NCBI GenBank assembly: GCA_040954595.2
Contig: CM082592.2
Coordinates: 8,481,677 to 8,545,676, forward strand
Origin: Balanoglossus misakiensis
Lineage: Eukaryota; Animalia; Hemichordata
DNA: 64,000 nucleotides
Direction of reading: 5' to 3'
A model generated the notes under the pieces. The model saw nothing but the letters and a program-made list of their open reading frames with translations, had not been told where the DNA came from and did not search any database. Positions 12,263 through 25,015 of the stretch are shown one piece after another. A program made the translations under genes and the position numbers. Positions within the stretch are counted from its first letter, which is position 1, and each line of letters begins with the position of its first letter.

Positions 12263-13692
12263 TCACTGTCGCCAATAAATGACAAGAAAAAGATCTGGCG
12301 ATAGGATGCTCGGCGGGAAACAACACTCTCCGTTTTTCCGTCCGCAGACGGATATGACGCGAACGCCGCGGTTGGAAAGTGACTTCGTCTTCCAAGCGAG
12401 TACCATGTCTGTAACGTTGTACCGTTGCAGCACATCGCCGTCCAAGTTGTACGTCTCGAAATCCTTTATCTTTCTTGCACCGACGTCGTCTTGGCTCTCC
12501 TGGCCGACCATTCGCAACCTGAAGTGGCACTTGCAGCCGAGTTTCCCGGACAACCCAGCATCTTCCTCATCCTCGGTACTGGTGGTAGGCAGGACATGAT
12601 TTGCGCCTCCACACAGCCTTGTGAACATTTCTGCCTTTTCAACCACGATGTCATTGTTCAGGATCCGGGAAACGTTGAAGTAAACGACGTATGTGCGAGT
12701 AGAACTTGTGTTTTGAACAAGGGCTGCGAATACAGATACCAAAGATACAAAATTGTAACGTACAATGTAAATTGTGGATCGTTCGGTATTCAAACGTTCG
12801 GGAAATTGTGACGTGCCGCATTTTTGGTACAAGGCTTTATAGACCCGAAACACAAATTATTTCTGATGAAAATCAACTTTCTCTTCAAGTGAAAATAATT
12901 TTACTCAGCATCGGCTGAATCATCTAAAGTAATGCTTTAACATTGTAAAATAAAACAAATTGACGAAAAGGACTGCGTAGTATAAATTCTGTTTGTGACG
13001 TGACATCAACTCTGGAATATAGGCCTAGTACCTAAAATAATTTTTTTTTCAAGAAATCGTATCCGTACTCCGGGGGGTTCCAACGTAACTTTGTCTTTGG
13101 TGAGAAATTTAGCTGAGAAAAAATGGCAAGGGGAAAATGCATGACCCTTTTAAACCTGTTGTCAAAAAGTTGCGAATGAAAATGAGAAAAGAGGGAACTC
13201 ACCGAAGTGCGATGCCGAAATCGCGTGGATTCTCAAACACGTGGGGCACTGTTCCATGAAGTAGAAATACTCTTTCGCGTATCGGTTGGCGAGAGATTTA
13301 GTTGCAGGTTCGCCAACGTGCGGGTTCTTTCCGCCGTCCCGCGTCTGGAGGGATGCACTTTCTCCGCCACTGGTCAGTGTGTGGTTCTGTCGAGCTTTGA
13401 GATCTGCGAGAACCCACCAGCGGTACCTGGGTATCTCGCCAGCTTCGAAGGCGTTCGCGTCTGGGATTTCATTCGAACCTGTGAAAATGTCCTCATCACG
13501 TGATGACACGCCTTCCCACCCCAAGGCGCTTCCTTCCTCTTGCGAATGTACTAGTACACTGTGCCTGTGGTGGTGTGGCAGAATTTTCGTTTCCAGTGCT
13601 CTACCCGAAACTATGGGAAAGAATGTCACTATCTGCACGGACAAGAGCAACTTAGGCATGATATCAATAATTAGCATGGTGATGATATACAT
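12263..13692 (-). CDS. Secreted two-exon protein of about 316 aa resembling a TGF-beta/BMP propeptide, with no mature ligand domain
   Basis: Exon 1 13692-13203 (G|GTGAGT) joins exon 2 12723-12263 (TTCGCAG|) in phase 1 and in frame. TATATAA lies about 70 nt upstream of the ATG. Hydrophobic N-terminus. Motifs YFNVS...VVEKAEM...YNVTDMVLAWK...SNRGV...PDLFLVIY, then stop. Confidence 0.7.
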
Positions 13693-16600
13693 ATGAGCCA
13701 CTCTACAGCCAACTACCAAGTTACGCTAATATTTAATTTCTTATGACAGCAGTGAGGTGCTTATATAGAGCCCTCACTTCCGATTCAAGCTTTTGTGTGA
13801 TTTTCAACAATCTAAATGACGTCAACTAAGTGTATCATTTTCAGGATCTTTCCTGATGTTTGGGTCCGTCCGCAAGACTTCCGAGATTTATTCCAGACAA
13901 ATGCCTTTGACGTAAATCATTTATATGCATGGTCTGCGTATAACATATCATGATATCACCATTTCGCAATGTTTCGCAGAAAGTATTAATTATTCCGTAC
14001 TTTGCGGCTCGCAGTCCAGAATCCAGCTCTGAGGGGTATCCATCTTTTAATTCTGGAGAGGGGCTTTAATCAATAATTTGAATTTCAGTTTTAAAGGGGC
14101 ATATGGGTTTTTGTTTTTCTTTTGTTTTCCAATAAAGAAATTCCGTGCACACACAAAAGTCGACGTCGTTCTGCAAAGACGTTTTACAACCCTTCTCGTT
14201 ATGTTGAGTGGTTCCGTTGGCAAGGCTCGGTGAATTCGGAATCTGAGCTTGATTCACAGCAGACTGGAATTAATCGTGTTACAATGCCATTTGTCTGCTT
14301 TTGTGCAGCGATTTTTTGCTCCAAATATTGCTTCGCGTGCGTTACGTGGAAATTACGTCAACCCGGGGTATCACTTGCAAGATCTACTATAGCAGACATG
14401 TTAAGCCTCTACCCAGGTGAGCCATTGGTGAACTACCGTTTCAAACAACCAATTGTCTGAGCTGAATTGGAGTTGGGAATGTGCGAAATTCTTAACTTGC
14501 TTTGTCGTCTGTACATCAATAAAACGATTACGTCACCACCCGTACTTGCATGATACGGGTGGTGACGTAAACGTTTTATTGATGTACAGATAGAAGAGAA
14601 ATTTACGTTTATCGCGACTGACATATAGGTAAATTGTTTCGTGCAAACCATTTCAGACATATTCATGCACATCTATTCAATCGGAAATTTTGACTAAGAA
14701 ACCGATGTTATTTTTTTTGGGGAGGGGGGACACAACGAACAAATCTGGTACTACTTGTCTTGTACGTTCAATCCAAACTTAGTATCTCCATGTTTCATAC
14801 AGAAAGACAATCTCGTGCATAACAATACAGCATTACCGCCGTCCTTGTACCGCATCTTTTGTAAAGGTCTCAGACACAGCTCAGTTGCTGTCTGGCAACT
14901 AAGTGAGAATTATTAACCAGCTTTCTCCGGAAGATGTTTTTTCCACATGAACGCGTGTCTGAGACAATGAGACATGTATGTACATGCACGTACAATGGGT
15001 TGGAAACTACGCATATATTCCCCCCATTACTTGTCTCAGGCCCTCGGAGTAATTCTACCCCACCCCCATACATCCCACCCCACCCCATACCATGCCAGTA
15101 CCGGTGTGTGTGAATGAGGCTCAACTTAAGCGTCTGTGGCCGGGGGCAACGCAAACACCTGAAGTGGGAACACCTTTAGCCCACGCAGGAAAGAATGGAC
15201 AATTCGCCCGGACAATTCGCTAGTACCCATACCCTAGACGGTGTTGCGCCAAAACAGTTGTAAAAGGCGCATGTTGGGTCCAATCTCTGAAGCGAAAATT
15301 TTGACAAAATTCCCTTAAAATGTGTTGCGTTTTATTGTTGTGTTTCATTACTGATTTCGATGACATTTCGAGCCTTCACAGAATATCCCTACACAATGGT
15401 ATACACTATACAGTCATTTAGTCATTTATGGAAAGCGAAGCCGATCCACCCAGTCACAGATTGTCATCGACTAGTCACACAATCATATAAGGGCATTTCA
15501 TAAACAGAACAATATCTTTTTTGGCCAGAAAATGTACCGAGTACAGTTCTGTAGACATGACATCTTGATGGTTACACCTTCAGAGCTATTGACAACAACA
15601 CAAGCCCTAGCAACAGTGCAGCGATATACAACAATTGTGTTCCTCGTTTTTCTTCTTTGGTATTCATTTTATTATTATTTCGTTTTTTTTTTACTCGTAG
15701 TTTTCTGTATAGTTTCTCTTGTCTCTCTACCTCTCTCGTACTTTCAGTATTTTCTGATATCTTGTGTACCCCTTTCCATTCCGTACTGGTAATGCTGTGT
15801 GTTAAACATTTTAAATAAAAGTACACATTTCTCATAGTTCCTAGCCTGTTCTGGTTCCCAGTGCTCCAATTAAACTGCTGTTAGTCTTGTCCCCTGGGTG
15901 CCCCCTACCCATATGCGATATGCATCGTTTCACAGCACAGCACAGCCAGCGGTAGAAATTGGGCATCCGGGTTCTTTTTGGAAGTCGTTACTTTTAACCA
16001 ATCGCGTAGCTCGTTTCACGATATCTGTATGACGCGACGAAAGGTGGTGTGTATGTTGCAGACGACGGTTTGTTTACTTCTTATTGATGTGGAACCAACA
16101 CTGCATTTTGGTTAAATTTCGTAAGTAACCACATCCTGCCAATTTCTGCTCAATGCTGACCTGCGTGAACATTCATATCGATCCCAAATCCTTGGTAGCA
16201 AACAGCTGAGGTCAGCGAGGAGAGTCGATTTGAGGTCCAGGTGCACCTACTTGGTTCGGCTGTCTTTCTAGAAGTGTAATCTCTGCGCTGGGCTCGACCT
16301 TTGCCTCTTTGTCTGGGTTTCATTTCTACCCCGCACACGGTTTCGCCTGAGCAGTTTCATTTTTTCGACGAACCAGAACTTAGAATAACTTTAAATTTAC
16401 ATGTTTCGGGGGGAAAGTGACAAAAAAACTGTTACTTACAAGTTACAGTAGAAGACGTGCGCAATATGGGGGCTGCAAGCCAAGAGGAAAAGCACCCTCG
16501 ATTTTCCTGACCGATGGTTTATGGAAAATCCAGTCCATATCGTCACAGCCACGACCTTCATTTTCACTTGGATGTCGGAAATTGCTCCACTTCCAGCCAG

Positions 16601-17038
16601 GGTGTTTGCACGGCAAAGACTGAGTTTCGAATGACGGCATGGCACCTCACCGACCGACCATCTGACAAATGCGCTGGCTGACATCTATCCAATAGAAATG
16701 TGTCATTCACCACGTGCATTTTGTGAAGCTTGTGATTGGTTGATGTATCATGTTATATTGAGTTGTTTAGCATAGTACCCAAGATCACAGATGTCACAAT
16801 GCTACCCTGTCGTGCAATCGTTCAGATATTGAACTCAGCAATTTTTTTGCAGCGCATAAATACTTGTCTAGACAAAAATCTACTGTATGACTACTCAGTT
16901 AAATTTAATAAATTTTAATCCATTGACACATTTACTTAGAAAACATGTTGCATGTAATGTCTCTGTGTATTAATATCAAGTCTTTATTTTCTCTTTAATA
17001 GAACACTAGTTGTAAAGAGACGTTTTGCACTATCAGTA

Positions 17039-19568
17039 ATGAACATACAAGGAGTAACTGGGCCTGGTGAGTTGGTATATCTGAAAAATAACACTGATCA
17101 CATGATATATGTCACCATTATATGGATTGTATTTTGGAATATTCACACTAAAAGAAACAAACTTCAGCATAGCTACCACTGCTACCTATGTAAATTCAGC
17201 CACAGAGACATTTCCAAACATGTAGAATCCAACTGTAGATCTGCAGTGATTCAGATACAGCTATTAAAACACAAGTGAATAAAATTTCTTGTATGCAGGA
17301 AGAAATGGCGTTTTACCGATATTCAGTAGGAGAAAGAGACCCAGACAGGCAATATATGTTGACCCCAGTTTCAACGGACAATCATCTGCTCAGCAACCAC
17401 ATACAGGTAAAGTATTATTGGAAAGGATTAGCAAAAAGCATCAGTTCATGACAGTTAGCAAATATGTACAAATGTATGTATGTATCTATCTATGTACTGG
17501 ATTTGTTCTCTCTTTGTAAGGGCACCAAAACTTCGACCACAACCCAACAGAAAGACCACCAGCAAACAGCTTTAACCAGTACAACAGCGGCAAATTTTCG
17601 TCCCTCAAGAAAGCTGATGCTGGACCTGGTGTGAGTGCAAGACCTGGGCAAATGCAGCAGCCAACCAACCGGCCATGCAGTACAGGCACCCGACAGTATG
17701 CACCCCCTCCACTGCAGCATCCAAGACAAAATCAAAGGCAATTGCAAAACAAAGGTGATGTAACACTTCCTGTCAAGCTAGTGCAGAGAGGGACCAGCTA
17801 TCACAGAGAAAGCATATCACAATCCTTATCCATAGCCTTGTGGGCAGAAACTTATGTCAAATCAAATATTGTTCTGGGTATTGATGTCTCTGATATCTTC
17901 CCATATTTATGAAGACATAAACAATTCTTACTTGTTCAGGGATGTATCATGCAGGAACCCACAAAGTAGACACAGGACAACGACAAGCCCAAAATCTTGG
18001 TAATACTCCGAGAAATAACAGCAATGTATCTGGAGATCCCTCATCAAAAAACAGGCAACATAACTATAGCAACAACAATAATGTTCAACCAAAAGGCATG
18101 GCAAAGTAAGTTGTGGTGGTTGATCCAGGATAACGCAGTAAATGGTGTGATTGTACCAATTCTTTGCAGAACTTCTCATGGCAAACAGCTACTTTCATGT
18201 GTTTATGTAGTTGCTCATACCTACTATAAAAGGTGCCCTGCACTTTTGTGCTATGCCCACAATGATGCTTTTTGGCAAATTTACAGGCAGCCAGCTGCAC
18301 TCACCAGCAACCACCAGGCCGCAAATACATCCTTTGGCCGACATCCATTCCAGCAGCAAACCCAGTATCAGAACCCAGAGCCTGTAAACCGCCAACTGAG
18401 TGCCAACTCTACCACAGCATATGGATTTGCAAATTACAAACAGTCTACACCGGTACATGTAGGTCAGCACAGTCAGGGGATGTCTGCTAGGCAAGAATCG
18501 GCTGACGAAAATACAGGCATAACGGTACGTATAGTCTTTGCTTTCAGTTTTAGGGTGGCATATGAGATGATTAGTAACCCTCACTTGTATTGGGCACATC
18601 CCTGGATTGCATGGCTCAGTTATGAAGCTATTACAGCTAGTACCACTGCATTTTATTTCAGGCTAATGCTTCAGTGCATAACAAGGTTGACCATGAAACA
18701 GATGACATTCGCATCAAACCGTCCACTGATGATAAATCATTGAGGATCCTGACTGCAACCATTGAAGGAATGATACATTGGAAGCAGACAACGAAACTGA
18801 ATCTTCTGTTTGAAATCTTCGGTGAGTCTCTCGCATCTTTATGCCATATATGGGTATATATTCTCCTTGTTGTACACAATGGGCTTTTTTGAGTCTGGAG
18901 ATATTGGCTCTACTCATGACACAGCACAGTTGCTATTCCACTACTGTGGTTGCTTTGTTGCATACGGTACTTGCATGCTTACACATGGTTCAGCATATGA
19001 TAAAGTGTAGTTCAAAACTGCAGTTTTCATTTTTTAAACAGGTATGGTCGACTCGGCTGTGGTGCTGAGTAAGGACGGACATGCCAAGGAATTCGTTCTC
19101 AGAGACGGAAAGAAATCCATTCAGTGCACATTTTTCGAAATAGTAAGTCTCTCCCTTTTTTTAAGCTGTGACTGTACGGTCAATTTCCTATTGACAAATG
19201 CATGTAAAATATTACACTTGCACATGGAGGTAGAAGCACCGACTCCTATTTCCATGTTGTTGACATATACCACGGATTACCTCAGTGGAGGTTTGTGCTG
19301 ATTGTGCAGGTTTCAAACAAATTTTGCGTGTACAAAAATGAGAGTATCTTGTCTGTTGTATTCACAGGACAGGATGATGCCAAAAGCAACCAGAGGTCAG
19401 TGGTACAGATGTGTTGGTCACCTGAACTCTGGGACTTCTGGAAGACCATTGTTTGGGTGTGTATCTGTGAGACTGGCGACTGAGCAAGAAAAGAAGCTCA
19501 TCAAAGTGAATGTTGCGGCCAGTGACAAAGCTATGAGGGAAACAACTGCAACGGGCAGAGAACCATAG
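17039..19568 (+). CDS. SPATA22: Spermatogenesis-associated protein 22 (meiotic OB-fold partner of MEIOB), 8 coding exons
   Basis: N-terminal LPIFSRRKRPRQ motif, low-complexity Q/N/P middle, and C-terminal KSLRILTATIEGMIHW...LLFEIFGMVDSAV...KEFVLRDGKKSIQCTFFEIDRMMPKATRGQWYRCVG...CVSVRLA. Approximate exons 17039-17066, 17299-17406, 17521-17754, 17940-18105, 18286-18524, 18662-18821, 19042-19142 and 19368-19568 splice in frame. Confidence 0.92.
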
Positions 19569-20068
19569 TGATCTTATTTCCCAGATGTATATTGTAGAAG
19601 CATTGAAGAAGGGCTTAGATATTATTGTTACAAAAAGAGTAATATATTGCAAGTTAGAAGAATAGTGCATGAACATTCATTTTGTACATGCAAATGTTTT
19701 ACTCACTTATGCATGCGAATCTTTTTCTCTTTCAGTCATACATGTTGTATATATACAGTTGTATTTGTTTTTCTGTTTAATTCAGAACAAATTGGTGTTC
19801 AGTTTGGACAGGTTTTACTGTACACGGTGAAAGTATCAATGACATTGGAATGATACCTGTTCTTAGACTTTAATGCAATTTAAGTGGCAGTACAGTACTT
19901 GTGTGAAATAACCCCCTTACAGTCTATTCCATGTTGTCAAATAATGTACACTCTAGTAAATGCATGTACTCAAAAACTATAGCGGCAAACTGTGTCAATA
20001 GTACCGTAATCATATTTTGTGTTTTGTTCATAATAAAATCTGATAGAAATGACAGCAATAAAGTTTGA

Positions 20069-20910
20069 TTATGACTTGATACTGGTGTCTCTTGGTCTAT
20101 ACGTGATTCCACGGCTTTTGAGCTCTCGGACAATGCCAGCTGGTAGACGTCCTGTCACTGATACAGCATAACAGCCTTTAACATATTGGTCTGCAAATAG
20201 AGAAACAACAGGTTTTTGTGAAAATTTATTTCAAAAGGAAACTTGCAAAATTAGATATTTTAACTTGAAAGTAAGTTCTAAAAAGTTCATCAAACAAAAT
20301 CAAACCAATCACTTGTTTCCTAACTTATCACATCACACACACACCTCAATGTGTTAAGAAATGAGGTTCTTGGTTATTTCCTTGCAATTTTATTCAAGCT
20401 ATTCCGTGAAATTTAGATTATGTAAAGAACTTACTTATTCTTTGCCATTTTGCCACCCAGCTGTCTTCCGGACTCATTAGTGATACAATCCTGTAACCAA
20501 ACATAACAAAAATCACAAATTTGTTTCACTCTGTAGAAAGATTATCTGAAATGTATCATGGATAAATAAGCACTCAAAAAGTGACGCTACAAGAACTGAA
20601 TTCTCACCCATCAAATGATGAACTTGTACAATCATACACCATGTCTCTGTTTCCTTTCATCTGTAAATAGTGGTCGCAGTTGTCACAGCCATCTGTCTCA
20701 AATTGTTCAAATGTCTGCAAAAGGAACAAGTGAGTGGTCAGAAAATCTATGATGTCATCCATCAGAACACTAACAGCAGGCCTGGGAATAGTGGGATGAG
20801 AGTATTGAGACAATGGTTTTGCTCATAATAAAAACGCTTACCTTGACAAGAGAACATAACAGGCACGCACGCAGATTTCTAAGCTCTTTGGGGACCGTCT
20901 CCATCGCCAT
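20069..20910 (-). CDS. SUPT4H1: Transcription elongation factor SPT4
   Basis: Exons 20910-20842, 20714-20608, 20490-20435 and 20190-20069 give [23 protein letters not shown]|[13 protein letters not shown]...CTSSSFDG|[18 protein letters not shown]...[12 protein letters not shown]...YRPRDTS. Confidence 0.97.
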
Positions 20911-22610
20911 CTTGATGATAATTATGGAACCGTCAGTTTCGATTAAGTACCTACGTCTTCGCTGTTGTGTTTTGGTTTATGTGCTGTGGCAGAGTTTCAA
21001 CAAAGCAAGCAGGTCTTTCTACATCCACAGGTACAACATCCGTTCTCGGTCAGTAATTTAAAACGGTAGCAACATGAATGTGGATTATACACTTAACCTG
21101 GGACTGAGCTCTTCTGGTAATATTGGTCAGAAAGGACACAAAAACAACTTCGACGACAGAAATACAACCCAGTGTATGGAAAATGCGGAAATCTGACCTG
21201 CGATTCAATATTCGTTTGTTGAGATGAGCCTTTTTCTTTTCTCCAATTTCAATTCCAGTGAATCGTAGAGGGCGCTTGTGGCTGGCAGCGAAGGCCCAGG
21301 CTGACTCTGGACATCGAGTTGCCATACTCTGCAGAGTCGTAATATTTTATGAAAAGCCCAATATTCATTTTTTTAAATCGCTTATTATTTTCTTAAAACA
21401 AAGTCCAGCGGGAAAAAGTTCCGCTGACTGGGTCGGATCCGGGGGAAGATTGCAACGACCGTGTCCTCAACTCAGAGAAACAGTTCAAATTTGTCAGTCA
21501 CAGCGGCAGTCGGGCTTTAATTAAACGTCGGTAACACAGGTCGCGAAGTTCACGTAGTTTATTAACTTCATCAGTAGGTGAAACAAATTTGAATGCAGCG
21601 AAGCGCGCTTAAGACTGGCAACATCGGAGATAACTAACCCATCGCTCAGCAAGAGACTCACACTGTTTTTGAAAAGTGCAAAGTAGTATGGACTATGGCG
21701 CGGCGACAATCGAAAGCTTGAGAGCAACAGCTTAATTGTAGGCTATATCTATTGACCATTCTTCGGTTGCAACTGTTATCTCCATAACAACCGAGATACT
21801 AGTCGATACTGACATTATTTGTATAATGTCCGTCAATGATCTGCTCTAATCTAAATTAAAATATCCATTTTGATCGTATTACGCATTTACACACAAAATT
21901 GTTATATATACCGTATGTGTATACAATATGTCTAAGCTGAGGTAAATCGTCAATTTTACACATTAACCATAAATTGTTACTAATAGCCATAGTCTCATAT
22001 TCAACATCCATTGATGGATACTGAAACCAAACGCTGACAGCAAAGGATACAGTCGCCAAGGCAACCGTTTTCACCCAACCGGTGTTACGCAACTGACGCC
22101 TACACAGTCACGACAACAACACACAAGGATATTGGCACACTCACAAACCATTTATGATAAGATAAAAATAAACGGGTTTACATTATAATTTCGAACAAAA
22201 TTCCTTATTTCCAATGAATTTTCATCGCAAAACAGTAACGTTGAGCTCACATTCAAAAGCGCATTATTTTCAGCGTTCTCTTCGCAAAACAAGCACCAGC
22301 TCTTCTCCAAGTAATTGTTCACGTTTTGTCATCGCCACCTTCGCTATAAATAGCCCTGTCTCTCTCTCACCAAGGATAGTCAACGTGTGAACCCCTAGAG
22401 GAAGGTTTCATCTGAAGGTTCTCCTCTCAAACCCTCGTTCTAGCTCTGGCAATCCCTTGTTCAATCCACCGATGTTTTATATAATAAATATATTCCTAGG
22501 ATTTCCCCCCTACAAAGTCTTGCTCGTCACAGTCAGTTTTCTACTTATTAATAACACTGTATCTGACAATTAAATCAATTATTGCTTTGTATCTTGATTT
22601 CTTGCTCTGA

Positions 22611-25015
22611 TTAGATTGCTTTTTGTAAGTCTTCATACCAGTCGAACTGCAAATTGGGAACAAATCTCTCTGTCAGAGATTTCGGGGAAAGGTGACCTTC
22701 GACCTGGAAGATGTTCACACCTCTTGTCTTGTTAGCGTTCCTGGAAGGTTGTGAAGACACAAGATTGAAATAATATAAATGTGTGCAACAGTAATTGGTT
22801 TGGACTGAACCATGGTAGTGAAAGGGTTAAATTAAAACCGTATAGATAGCAACATCTCGTGTACTCACCCTTTAACTCTGTACAAATATATGGCAGAAGG
22901 ATACGTCATTCCACGAACACACCCCTTTACTTTATCTGCATATTTCGGGTGTTCAACGCCCCTCCCTATAAATGGGGGAAAACGGATGAAGCTTTAGATG
23001 TCGATGCCAAGAAATGGTGAGTCGGTGATGACACTCATCCATAGACATCATTGCTAGTCACTGCGATGTCAATATAATAACATTACGCCGTGATTGGGGC
23101 TATTAAGTTGTGATTGCTGATGTGGGAATGTAGAAAATCTATACTGTACACGTATGTTTTTGTTCCATACTTACAGTAAATCAAAATGAGATCCCTATCT
23201 GGGTATTTCTTGTACCCAAGAAGATCAATGAAATCTCTCGATGAAACCAGACCTTTCAACAACGGGGCAGATACTGAACGGATTACTTTCAAGTTCTGTG
23301 AGAGACAAAACACTGTTCTATTAGAGAAGAAATCATCACACGATAAGATAATAAGTCATTTTTGCGGAATTTGAGAGCAATAATATTGGAGTAGTACATG
23401 TAATGAAAAACAAGACCTCGTCGACTTGTTCCACGCACTCCATGCCGCCAGTCAAGGCCGTTTCCCATTTCTGATGTTTCTCCAGATCCCACACAAGATC
23501 CAGGATCTTCTCGGGCGGCGCGTCAAATTCATACATGGTTTTGTACCTATAGAGAGGGAAAGACGATACAGAGACTATACTGAACTCTGAGTCCTGCAAA
23601 ATCTTGAAGATGAATCTGGTTTTTGTGGCATGCACCTATCTTAGAAACTCCTATACTGAATCTGCCACCACCACGCCAATCATCTATATGTACTTACACT
23701 TTCCCATCGAAGTCCAGTGACTTCTTTCCCACGATCTCCATTCCCTTCTGGAGGGTAAATCCAGAACAAGAAAGATAAGCGTATATAGTCTCACTGTATA
23801 AACTAGAAGGAAGTCCATGCATTTAATTTCCAGACGAGCTTCTTTAGCCTGTGTAGGCTAGAATTTGAACTAAAACGGGTAGTTTAGCTTTAGCGAAGTA
23901 TATCAGCACTACCATCCAATTACCAGTATAAAACCTAGATCAAAGTACATGTACTCATAAAAGGTGAATATTTTATGGTTGATTTTTATCTTAAACACGA
24001 AACTGTAATTAATTGAGCACAAAGGTGGACTATTTAAGCAATAAAACACCCCCAGCCATGGTATACCACGAGATTTTGACCAGTTCACGACATATACGCA
24101 CGAGCGATAGCGAGTGCGTATATGGAGTTGAACTGGTCAAAATCGAGTGGTATACCATGGCTGGGGGTGTTTTATTGCTATTATATTATGCCAGTATATT
24201 GAAACTTGGCATAAAACATTTTAAAAAGGCATTTTCTTTGACTATGATATATGACTGTGGTATATGGCTAATATATCACGGTCACGTGTCGTGTCTCGAC
24301 CAATCAAATAGCGTGATTTACACCATCAATATACTGGTATAATATAATCACCATTTTACCACTTTGATGGGTTTTAACAGTTGCGCTGTGCACTCTTATC
24401 AACTGACGGGCTTTAGTACGCTTACACTATTTCGCAAGTCGAAATATTAGTATGAGACAGCTATAAACGGGTACACTTCCAACTTGCTAATTTCTCCTTT
24501 AACTGACTTCTCCCGCTAGGATTAGAACAGAACAGACCAGATCAAACCTACATGTACCAATAATACAGGATCTACGATATGCAGTCTGTTATCAGATCTG
24601 TCTGTGACGAGCTGTTACGTAAATTTTGTTATAAACTGGTTGAAATCTGTTCATATGATAAATGTTAACATTCGACATTTCAAAGTGTCACATTTAAACT
24701 TTCCTGTTCGATGAACAGCGTTCAATTTCACGAGAGAGAAAAAACCCTCAGGAATATCAGGAATTTCCATTATGCCCGTTAGTGTCAATCCGGAGTGACT
24801 CTGATTACAGTAGGCCTATCTCACTACTACGCGCACGTGTTAAATACATGTACTTGCAGGTGAATATTCTTTGCCGGGTAAAATGACGCCTTGATGACGT
24901 AGGTACACAACAAAAGCATATTTACCGATACTTTCCATGGCTGCCAATCCTCTGATGACATGTAAGCTTCGACCTTCTCTAAAGTGTCGGCTGCAATTGA
25001 TCGCAAATCCGCCAT
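22611..25015 (-). CDS. START-domain lipid transfer protein (STARD4/5/6-like), 6 exons
   Basis: Spliced protein MADLRSIAADTLEKV...WQPWKVS|KGMEIVGKKSLDFDGKV|YKTMYEFDAPPEKILDLVW...KWE...|...VSSRDFID...|WRGVEHPKY...VRGMTYP...|NANKT...YEDLQKAI*. SSRDF, VEHP and VRG are START-domain hallmarks. Confidence 0.85.
22791..22830 (-). mobile_element. Partial copy of the TTAA-CCC piggyBac-type MITE in a STARD intron
   Basis: AACCATGGTAGTGAAAGGGTTAA is close to the reverse complement of the 5' end of the copies at 48647 and 53562. Confidence 0.6.
24037..24348. mobile_element. Palindromic double-hairpin MITE-like element in STARD intron 1
   Basis: Near-perfect inverted repeat at 24037-24179 (AGCAATAAAACACCCCCAGCCATGGTATACCAC...GTGGTATACCATGGCTGGGGGTGTTTTATTGCT), followed by a second IR pair ATTATATTATGCCAGTATATTGA...TCAATATACTGGTATAATATAAT. 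Confidence 0.75.

Noticed and set aside
12724-12853. N-terminal part of the 196-aa ORF (MFRVYK...)
   Set aside because: Intronic. The in-frame acceptor is at 12724/12723, and the alternative AG at 12863 leads to an early stop.
16150-16684. Possible selenoprotein via an in-frame TGA after splicing
   Set aside because: No redox motif, no recognisable homolog and no SECIS element seen.
23845-23925. tRNA/SINE-like A and B box remnants on the minus strand
   Set aside because: Too degenerate, with no cloverleaf and no second copy in the window.
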